NCBI RefSeq assembly: GCF_036323395.1
Contig: NZ_AP028907.1
Location: 1,980,001-2,012,000, forward strand
Source of the DNA: Pyrodictium abyssi
GTDB taxonomy: Archaea; Thermoproteota; Thermoprotei_A; Sulfolobales; Pyrodictiaceae
Direction: 5' to 3'
DNA: 32,000 bases
Both the position numbers and the translations under genes were made by a program. The notes under the pieces are model-generated. The model was not told the origin of the DNA and did no database searches. It worked only from the letters and a program-made list of their open reading frames with translations. Below are positions 14,901 to 21,894 of the stretch, piece after piece (position 1 is the first letter of the stretch; every line of letters starts with the position of its first letter).

Positions 14901-16712
14901 ATGCCTATGCCGTTCTCTATACTAGCTGATACGTTCGAGAAGCTTGAAAGAGTTACAGCACGTACCCAGATGCTCCTCTACCTTGTAGAACTATTCAAGA
15001 AAACTCCTCCAGATGTGATAGACAAGGTAGTCTACTTCCTGCAAGGCAAGCTGTGGCCAGACTGGAAGGGGCTACCGGAGCTCGGCGTGGGCGAGAAGCT
15101 CCTCATAAAGGCGGCAGCTATATCGCTGCATGTGTCGGAGCAGCAGCTGGAGCAGCTAGCTAAAAGACTGGGCGATATAGGTCAAGCCATAGAGATGGTT
15201 AAAGCCGAGAAAGCGAAGAAGGCGCCAGCACCAGGCCTCCTAGCATTCATTAAGAGACAGGACAGCTCCACCGTGGGCCTTACGGTAGAAAAAGTGTACG
15301 ACACCCTAGCTAAGATCGCGCAGGCGCAGGGAGAAGGGAGCCGAGAGATAAAGCTGAAGCTGCTTGCAGGCCTCCTAGCGGAGGCTTCCCCGAAAGAAGC
15401 CAAGTACATTGCTAGGTTCGTCGAGGGTAAGCTAAGGCTCGGTGTAGGAGACGCCACGATAATGGAAGCCCTAGCGGTAGTCTATGCTGGCAGTGCCTCT
15501 ATGAGGAGCATAGTCGAGAGGGCATACAACCTTCGCGCCGATCTAGGCCTAGTGGCTAAGATACTGGCTACAAAGGGTGTGGATGAGCTCAAACACATAA
15601 AGCCCGAGGTAGGCATACCCATTAGGCCCATGCTGGCAGAGAGGCTCAATGATGCGGCGGAGATACTCCGCAAACTGGGTGGAAAAGCACTAGTAGAGTA
15701 CAAGTATGACGGTGAACGCGCGCAGATACACAAGAAAGGAGATAAGATATGGATATTCTCGCGGCGGCTAGAGAACATAACCTACATGTATCCCGATGTA
15801 GTGGAGATGGCTAGGAAGGGTATAAAGGCAAACGAGGCTATAGTAGAAGGCGAGATAGTAGCAATAGACCCGGAGACTGGCGAACTAAGGCCATTCCAGG
15901 TGCTGATGCATCGGAGGCGCAAACACGATATCCACCTAGTCCTCTCCGAGATACCAGTAGCAGTATACCTATTCGACACAATATACGTAGACGGCGAAGA
16001 CCTCACAGTAAAGCCCCTACCCAAGAGGCACGAGACGCTCGAAAAGATAATAGAACCAAGCGAGAGATGGCAGCTAGCGAAAGGCATAGTTACCGATAGC
16101 CCTGAGGAACTCGAGACATTCTTCCTCAAAGCCATAGAGGATGGCGCCGAAGGCGTCATGGCTAAGGCTATACATGACCGTAGCATATACCAGGCAGGGG
16201 CACGTGGCTGGCTATGGATAAAGTACAAGCGTGACTACAAGTCAGAGATGAGCGACACCGTAGACCTTGTAGTCATCGGCGCGCTCTACGGAAAGGGGAG
16301 ACGCGGCGGCAAATTCGGCGCACTGCTCATGGCGGCATACGACCCCGAGACAGACACATTCAAGAGCGTATGCAAGGTGGGCAGCGGCTTCACAGACGAA
16401 GACCTAGAGCGTCTAGATGACATCCTCAAGCCATACATACGCGACCACAAGCCAGCACGTGTTGACAGCCAGATGAAGCCAGACGTCTGGGTCGAGCCAG
16501 CACTAGTAGCAGAGATAATCGGCGCCGAGCTAACGCTGAGCCCTATACACACCTGCTGCTACGGCTGGGTCAGAAAAGGAGCAGGCATATCCATAAGGTT
16601 CCCACGGTTCATAAGATGGCGGCCCGACAAAGGGCCAGAGGACGCTACAACGACTAAAGAGCTGTACGAGATGTACCTAAGGCAGCTGAGGAAAGTCAAA
16701 GAAGCGACATAA
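14901..16712 (+). CDS. lig: ATP-dependent DNA ligase
   Basis: Adenylation motif I is EYKYDGERAQIH (KxDG). The blocks EGEIVA, LFDTIYVDGEDL, EGVMAK and WIKYKRDY follow. The 603-aa length is typical of archaeal Lig. Confidence 0.95.
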   Translation: MPMPFSILADTFEKLERVTARTQMLLYLVELFKKTPPDVIDKVVYFLQGKLWPDWKGLPELGVGEKLLIKAAAISLHVSEQQLEQLAKRLGDIGQAIEMVKAEKAKKAPAPGLLAFIKRQDSSTVGLTVEKVYDTLAKIAQAQGEGSREIKLKLLAGLLAEASPKEAKYIARFVEGKLRLGVGDATIMEALAVVYAGSASMRSIVERAYNLRADLGLVAKILATKGVDELKHIKPEVGIPIRPMLAERLNDAAEILRKLGGKALVEYKYDGERAQIHKKGDKIWIFSRRLENITYMYPDVVEMARKGIKANEAIVEGEIVAIDPETGELRPFQVLMHRRRKHDIHLVLSEIPVAVYLFDTIYVDGEDLTVKPLPKRHETLEKIIEPSERWQLAKGIVTDSPEELETFFLKAIEDGAEGVMAKAIHDRSIYQAGARGWLWIKYKRDYKSEMSDTVDLVVIGALYGKGRRGGKFGALLMAAYDPETDTFKSVCKVGSGFTDEDLERLDDILKPYIRDHKPARVDSQMKPDVWVEPALVAEIIGAELTLSPIHTCCYGWVRKGAGISIRFPRFIRWRPDKGPEDATTTKELYEMYLRQLRKVKEAT

Positions 16713-17018
16713 TAGCCACCTACTAGGGCGCGTATGGGCGTGTCTATGACCTCTCTCCATAATTAGGCCCGCTGCGGCTCTAGGTAAGTCCCTGGCTGTG
16801 AGGACTACCCGGCAAGTAGGAGCCGTAGCAGCGGCGGTGACTGTTCAGAGTTTCGCCGAGCCCCATTACAACCTCCTAGTCATAGACGCACCGTGTGCGA
16901 GAGCGGCGAGGGTCATGCCAGGGCCCCTTGGGACGCTTAGTATAAGGGGCTGCAGCTAAGGAGGAAAAGACAGGAAATCATGGGGGAGGCTGTGAAGAGG
17001 GACCCCATGTAGCAGCCT

Positions 17019-18650
17019 CTAGGCGGATCCACTAGAACCCGAGGAGTCTCGGCGCTCTCCTCGGGGATGTTGTGGGGCCGGCGCTTCCGAGCCTCCCTTT
17101 GTAGAATGAGGCTCAAGCGGCGCGTGCTCCTTCCTCTTACCGGAGGGGCGGAGCAATAAGGACAAGAGCTTCTTAGTAGTTATAGTGCCCACTACTTCTC
17201 CCCGCTCGTTCACCACAGCTATTATCGGCTCGTGGAGCAGCGAGACATCAGAGAGTATCTCTACTAGGGTCTTCTCCGCCGGTGCTATAGGGACCTCAGT
17301 CCTCGTGAAGAAGCGCAGCGGTAGGCGGCGAAGGAGCTGCGGATCAGCTTCGACAAAGTCTTCCGCAGTAACATAGCCTACGGGCCGCATGTACTCGTCG
17401 ACAACAACGGCTGCACCTTTCTCGGAGACTATTCTGGCTGCATACTCTGCGCTCTCATCTACGTGGATTATATCCATGTCAAGATCTATATCACGTAGTC
17501 TCAGTCTAAGTGCGTCCGGCTTGCGCTCAGACACACGGAACGACAGTGAAGACAGGATTGTAGACGCTACTACAGCCACTAGGGTGGCCGTATACATGTC
17601 GTACCCTAACAGTCCTGCCTGAAGCAATGAGAGTAGCAATGCGGCGTCTACACCACCCTTTGCCAGGTATATGAGACGCTCCCTCCCGCGGAACCCTTCT
17701 AGCGATGCAACCAGTATCTTCGGCAATGAGGCTGCAACAAGAAGAGCTAGGGATATTACTAGTGTTGTTGTCGACGGGCGTGCTGCATGAACACCGATGC
17801 CTATGAAGAATAGTGGCTCGAGGAAGCCATAGGTGAAAGCCCTTATGCGCTCAAGATATAGTGGACGTAGCTCCATATACTCTGAGAGGAAGACACCCAA
17901 TAGGAGTGCTGTAACAGCAGCGTTGAAGCCCAGAGCCTCGGCTATGTAGCCCGCCATTATAACCATTGAAACCACTATAGCGAATGGCGCCTCCTTTACA
18001 GCCATATGCTTCTCTATAAATACGAGTATATTGTCGAGATAATGTCTACCAACCATGTAGACGAGGGCTACAAATGCAGCCGACTGGACTAGCTTGGTGA
18101 CGTTGAAGCCTTGTGTAATAGTGTTAAAGAGTACTAGGCTAACTATCTCAACGAGCAAGCCGACTCTCATTGCGGCTAGCTCGCGCTCTCCAAGAGCACC
18201 CTTAGACAAGAGAATCTTCATCAATGGACCAGCGCTAATTATGCTCATTATGAGTCCTACACCAAGCATAGTTCTCAGAGTCACGCCGGTCAGCAGCCAA
18301 AGGGCGAGGACTGTTGCAGCCATGGAGCCAGAAAGGAGAAGAACAGTGGCCAAGAGGTCTTGGCGGCGGGGCACGAGGAGCGATGGGTTAGAAAGCTCCT
18401 CTATGCCTGCCAGGAACAGTGTAAAGTTAATACCTAGCATAAAAAGGAGAGATGCCGATTCGAGATCCTTTGGCGTCACTATACCAGTTACAGCACTACT
18501 AAGGACAAGGCCGGCTAGCACAGAGCCTATGAACCCGGGTAAGCGTAGACGCTCGGCGACCTCCTCGCCTATCTTTGAGGCGAGGAGGAGCATTCCGACA
18601 AGTACTGCGGCATGGATGGTCTCCTGCATATGCGCCCTAGCCCTCCCCAC
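17019..18650 (-). CDS. cation:proton antiporter (CPA2/Kef-like) with C-terminal CBS-domain pair
   Basis: The N-terminus is LLLASKIGEEVAERLRLPGFIGSVLAGLVLS, followed by about 11-12 hydrophobic segments. The C-terminus carries two CBS-like units (AVVVDEYMRPVGYVTAEDFV and IIAVVNERGEVVGTITTKKLL). ATG 18629 is a possible alternative start. Confidence 0.85.
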   Translation of the reverse strand: MGRARAHMQETIHAAVLVGMLLLASKIGEEVAERLRLPGFIGSVLAGLVLSSAVTGIVTPKDLESASLLFMLGINFTLFLAGIEELSNPSLLVPRRQDLLATVLLLSGSMAATVLALWLLTGVTLRTMLGVGLIMSIISAGPLMKILLSKGALGERELAAMRVGLLVEIVSLVLFNTITQGFNVTKLVQSAAFVALVYMVGRHYLDNILVFIEKHMAVKEAPFAIVVSMVIMAGYIAEALGFNAAVTALLLGVFLSEYMELRPLYLERIRAFTYGFLEPLFFIGIGVHAARPSTTTLVISLALLVAASLPKILVASLEGFRGRERLIYLAKGGVDAALLLSLLQAGLLGYDMYTATLVAVVASTILSSLSFRVSERKPDALRLRLRDIDLDMDIIHVDESAEYAARIVSEKGAAVVVDEYMRPVGYVTAEDFVEADPQLLRRLPLRFFTRTEVPIAPAEKTLVEILSDVSLLHEPIIAVVNERGEVVGTITTKKLLSLLLRPSGKRKEHAPLEPHSTKGGSEAPAPQHPRGERRDSSGSSGSA

Positions 18651-18875
18651 ATGGTTTGACCGGGCTGAGCCTAAGGCTGACGGCGGCTACGGGGCGGGAG
18701 GAGTGTTAGGGCTCCCGTGCTGCACGCCGCCATAGAGCTAAAAGACTAGAGTGACATGCATGCACTGCTTATAAGCGCCATGGCGCGTTTGCGGGGGCGT
18801 CGGGCAGCCCGGTCTCCCTGGAATATTTTATGACTTATCTTTACTCGTGGCCCGACTATGTAGTGGTGACGGTGG

Positions 18876-19379
18876 CTAGATGAATGAGGAGCTGTGCTGC
18901 TGTCTAGACGGGGCTATAGTGTGCGGGAACTTCTCCCACAGCAGCGCGTTTACTATGAGGAACACGTTCACGAGCCTAGCAGCATCGTCTATAAGCCTCT
19001 GTTTTGTAATCTCCTCGTCGAATAGCAGAATCTCGGCAACTACAGCTGTAGGGGAGGCAATACCGCCGTGTAGAGCTATGCGGCAATGTGGGCAAATAGA
19101 CAGAACTCTATCAAGCAGCATGGCCGAGAACTTAACCCGCTCCTCCACGGGCAGCCGGTTAAGCTCCTCTCTATGCTTATCCGAGAAGTTCACGCCCATG
19201 CCAACCACGATGCCGCCTCTCTTTAGCCCCAGTATTCTCATCCTAACCTGCATTGGAGGCGGTGTAGCCACTGCGAGGCCCCACTCAGCGTTAGACGGTA
19301 GTGGCGAGTCGAAGGGAGCCACTACGAAGCCCGCGTCAGCGAGCCACGTGGTTATCTTATCCTTCGTATCATGAGACAT
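18876..19379 (-). CDS. DUF2299-like archaeal protein (YbjN / secretion-chaperone-like fold suspected)
   Basis: The pattern KITTWLADAGF...EWGLAV...IVVGMGVNFSDKHREELNRLPVEERVKFSAMLL...EITKQRLIDDAARLVN recalls DUF2299 proteins as I remember them. The antisense ORF 18880..19374 is Ser/Cys-rich and looks spurious. Confidence 0.5.
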   Translation of the reverse strand: MSHDTKDKITTWLADAGFVVAPFDSPLPSNAEWGLAVATPPPMQVRMRILGLKRGGIVVGMGVNFSDKHREELNRLPVEERVKFSAMLLDRVLSICPHCRIALHGGIASPTAVVAEILLFDEEITKQRLIDDAARLVNVFLIVNALLWEKFPHTIAPSRQQHSSSFI

Positions 19380-19515
19380 GTCTGGCAGCCCCTTTTCCGA
19401 GACCAGGATACCATCTAGTAATGCGGGGACCTAATTAGACTAGGCGTAGGGGCTTCTAGGGCCCAGTTATGTGATGGGAAAGCTTCGTGAGGCACTGTTT
19501 ACGCGCTGGTACCAG

Positions 19516-19523
19516 TTTATATA
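19516..19523 (+). promoter_or_regulatory. TATA box upstream of the KaiC-like gene
   Basis: TTTATATA is the clearest TATA consensus in the window. A second AT-rich element, CTATATTA, lies at 19539-19546. Confidence 0.5.
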
Positions 19524-19574
19524 CTTCGTCTAAATCCTCTATATTAGAGTGGAAGAGTGGAGGTTGGAGACCGT

Positions 19575-20336
19575 ATGGCCATAGAGCGTGTCAAGACGGG
19601 GATACCGGGTCTTGATGAGATACTCTATGGGGGTATACCGCGGAGGAACGTGGTGCTCCTCAGCGGTGGCCCTGGCACGGGTAAGACCATAATGAGCCAG
19701 CAGTACCTCTGGAACGGCCTACAGATGGGCGAGCCGGGCGTCTATGTGGCCCTAGAGGAGCACCCTGTGCAAGTGAGGATAAACATGAGCCAGTTCGGCT
19801 GGGATGTGAGGCCATACGAGCGGGAGGGCGTCTTCGCGATAGTAGACGCGTTCACTGGAGGCATAGGCGAGGCCGCGAAGAGAGAACGCTACGTCGTACG
19901 CGACCCATCCGACGTGGGCCTGCTTATAGACGTTCTCAAGGAGGCGATAAGGGATACCGGGGCACAGCGCGTGGTAATAGACTCAGTGTCTACACTCTAC
20001 CTCACGAAGCCGAGCGTGGCGCGAAGCGTAGTCATGATGCTCAAGCGCGTCCTCAGCGGCCTTGGGACTACAAGCTTCCTAGTGAGCCAGGTATCTGTCA
20101 CAGAGAGGGGCTTTGGAGGCCCTGGCGTAGAGCACGCAGCAGACGGCATCATAAGGCTTGACCTCGACGAGATAGACGGAGAGCTGAAGAGAAGCATACT
20201 GATATGGAAGATGAGGGGCACCAAGCACAGCATGAGGCGCCACCCATTCGAAATAACCGACAAGGGGATAGTAATACATCACAACAAGGTGCTAAGAGTC
20301 ACTAGGGGAGGAGTAGTAGAGCAAAGCCTCAGCTAA
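19575..20336 (+). CDS. KaiC-like RecA-superfamily ATPase, single domain
   Basis: [30 protein letters not shown] provides the Walker A motif and RVVIDSVS the Walker B. The tail is [22 protein letters not shown]. The ORF is open from GTG 19557. ATG 19575 has GGAGGT 10 nt upstream. Confidence 0.85.
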   Translation: MAIERVKTGIPGLDEILYGGIPRRNVVLLSGGPGTGKTIMSQQYLWNGLQMGEPGVYVALEEHPVQVRINMSQFGWDVRPYEREGVFAIVDAFTGGIGEAAKRERYVVRDPSDVGLLIDVLKEAIRDTGAQRVVIDSVSTLYLTKPSVARSVVMMLKRVLSGLGTTSFLVSQVSVTERGFGGPGVEHAADGIIRLDLDEIDGELKRSILIWKMRGTKHSMRRHPFEITDKGIVIHHNKVLRVTRGGVVEQSLS

Positions 20337-20395
20337 ACCCCGGGAAGCAGCGGATACAGAAGTGGACGGCTTCGGCACGGCTCTTCGTCAGCATC

Positions 20396-20426
20396 CCGCA
20401 GCCCCGGGGTCAGTGTGGGGCTGCGG
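20396..20426. repeat. perfect 10-bp GC-rich inverted repeat with AGCCCC-GGGGCT core
   Basis: CCGCAGCCCC (20396-20405) pairs with GGGGCTGCGG (20417-20426) across an 11-nt loop, 60 nt after the KaiC-like stop. No T-run follows. Confidence 0.65.
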
Positions 20427-20480
20427 TATCGTCGTCGCAGGCGCACCACACCGCCGTCCAGCACGCTTTAGCTACGCAGC

Positions 20481-20507
20481 TCTATTTTTATGCCTTCAAG
20501 AAGGCAT
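20481..20507 (+). promoter_or_regulatory. TATA-like element abutting an 18-nt palindrome upstream of the membrane-protein gene
   Basis: TCTATTTTTA (20481-20490) is followed by ATGCCTTC-AA-GAAGGCAT (20490-20507), about 37 nt upstream of ATG 20544. Confidence 0.4.
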
Positions 20508-20543
20508 GGGGTCTGTAGCTGGGTTCACGCGTTGGAGCCCGTG

Positions 20544-21023
20544 ATGGCGCCGCGTAGGGCTAAGAGGAGGATAGCGCTCTCCGCTCCCCGCGGGACAATA
20601 ACCCTTGCAGGCATATTCTCCGCGCTTGCCACAGTACTCCCAGTACTGCTGCTCAACCTGGGACTCAACCCCGCTCTAGCCGAGAAAGTATTCATAGCAA
20701 TGTACCTGGTAGGCCTCCCCATAGTTGTGTCAGCGGTCTACCAGCTCTATGGGCTCGCTGTGGCAGTTTCCGAAGCATGTGGCATGGGGCGTCCAAGCGC
20801 TCTAGGATTCCTAGTTGGCGTATTCCCTCTTGGCTACGTTATACCGCTATACTATGTGCTACAGATGCTTGCACGCTGCAAGAGCCTGGAGGGCAAGATA
20901 AACGCGACGCCTATAGACATTATGCTGAACATAATAACCTTTGGACTACACTCGGCCATGTATGCCGCGCTGTTCAACAAAGTAGTGGACATGGCTCTAG
21001 AAGGGCTAGACAAGCCATACTAG
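20544..21023 (+). CDS. small integral membrane protein, about 4 TM segments, hypothetical
   Basis: A basic N-terminus (MAPRRAKRR) is followed by hydrophobic segments. The ORF-track start 20490 lies inside the promoter palindrome, so ATG 20544 is preferred. Confidence 0.55.
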   Translation: MAPRRAKRRIALSAPRGTITLAGIFSALATVLPVLLLNLGLNPALAEKVFIAMYLVGLPIVVSAVYQLYGLAVAVSEACGMGRPSALGFLVGVFPLGYVIPLYYVLQMLARCKSLEGKINATPIDIMLNIITFGLHSAMYAALFNKVVDMALEGLDKPY

Positions 21024-21748
21024 GCATGACAGCTCCCATAGTAGGGGCAGCTGGTGCACCAGCTACCCCGCCGCGCTACCGGCTGGCGCTCTTCACGCCA
21101 GTAGGCTAGTAGCGGTGATATAGCTTCAAGCTCCACGTCGAGGTCGTGGGCAAGCACATGAAGTGCAGCCCCATTACCGGCTACCGGCTTTACGGAGCCC
21201 AGGTACACGGATGAAAGTATGCTTATCAGCTTCCTGTTATCCTCCGCGGCGGCTAGTACGAGCTTCGTTCTGCTAGTCAGCGGGAAGCCCGCATAGGCTA
21301 GCGTGAGCGCGTAGGCGTAGAGCTTGACCTTATCCGAGCCGTACATTCTCCAAGGCTTCTTCGAGATCTTCCCTACTACTATGGCCGCTACGCGGCCAGC
21401 ATCAAAGTAAACCGCGTGGGGGCGCGCAATGATGGGAACACCCTCCACTACTGCGGCTACCGGTATCGACAGCGCGAATGTATCGGTATGCCGTGGTATG
21501 CGACGCTTGGCCTCAAGAAGAACCTCTACCAGCTTGCGGGCCTCGCTAACCCTTCTAGCTCCAGGGTCGTGTTCACCGAGCAACGTGTACTCTAGCTTTT
21601 TCTCGCAAAACACTTGGCTCGCTAGGAGGCTCGGTGTCACGAATGGTAAGCCAAAGCGTAGGCAACAATACTCGCCCTTAGATACGGCTTCTAGTAAGAG
21701 CCTAACACGCTCTATAGTCTCCTCTAGCCTGGCATGGTCCATGGACAC
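21020..21748 (-). CDS. Cas4-like PD-(D/E)xK-fold protein with a 4-Cys (Fe-S) signature; catalytic residues apparently substituted
   Basis: An N-terminal Cys sits in the context VTPSLLASQVFCEKK. The C-terminal WCTSCPYYGSC gives Cx2Cx5C, as in Cas4/AddB-type nucleases. The core strands align by eye to S. solfataricus Cas4 motifs but read ARPHAVY and IVVGKISK. Confidence 0.55.
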   Translation of the reverse strand: MSMDHARLEETIERVRLLLEAVSKGEYCCLRFGLPFVTPSLLASQVFCEKKLEYTLLGEHDPGARRVSEARKLVEVLLEAKRRIPRHTDTFALSIPVAAVVEGVPIIARPHAVYFDAGRVAAIVVGKISKKPWRMYGSDKVKLYAYALTLAYAGFPLTSRTKLVLAAAEDNRKLISILSSVYLGSVKPVAGNGAALHVLAHDLDVELEAISPLLAYWREERQPVARRGSWCTSCPYYGSCHA

Positions 21749-21894
21749 TCTATCCCCTTAGCCAAGCGGTGGCTGGGATAGCCACGCTTGTAGCTGCTGG
21801 GTATCACGTGATAACCTCTAGTAGCCTGGCGCTCAGCCCTCCTGGGCAAGCGTTTAAGTTCGCTGAAATAGTGGGGAAACCGGGTGCCAGCATA

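Noticed and set aside
11137-16552. Long antisense ORFs inside the THUMP-SPOUT gene and lig (11137..11532, 11878..12183, 15182..15457, 15482..15778, 15782..16228, 16286..16552)
   Set aside because: All are Ser/Ala/Arg-rich mirror frames of confidently assigned genes.
16782-16791. AGGTAAGTCC, which resembles the RNase P RNA CR-I motif (GAGGAAAGUCC)
   Set aside because: I could not find the partner CR-IV or CR-V motifs or a convincing P4 3' strand in the 306-nt spacer. The resemblance is probably fortuitous.
16808-16835. CCCGGCAAGTAGGAGCCGTAGCAGC, which is loosely like SRP RNA helix 8 (CCGGAAGGGAGCA)
   Set aside because: The GNAR tetraloop and the asymmetric loop are not reproduced, and the flanking sequence cannot form the long SRP helix 5.
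14853-16952. The exact 12-mer TATAAGGGGCTG at 14853 and 16941, considered as evidence for a repeat element
   Set aside because: About 30 chance 12-mer coincidences are expected in 32 kb. It is kept only as supporting detail in the relevant findings, not as a repeat in its own right.
18094-18735. A 213-aa plus-strand ORF
   Set aside because: It is antisense to the antiporter gene, whose transmembrane pattern and CBS motifs identify the true frame.
18775-18786. The perfect palindrome GCGCCATGGCGC upstream of the antiporter gene, with TGCATGCA nearby at 18758-18765
   Set aside because: Short GC palindromes are common at this GC content. There is no second copy and no clear positional relation to a TATA box.
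18880-19374. A 164-aa plus-strand ORF that mirrors the DUF2299-like gene almost exactly
   Set aside because: It has a Ser/Cys-rich low-complexity composition. The minus-strand product looks like a globular protein and shows a family-like pattern.
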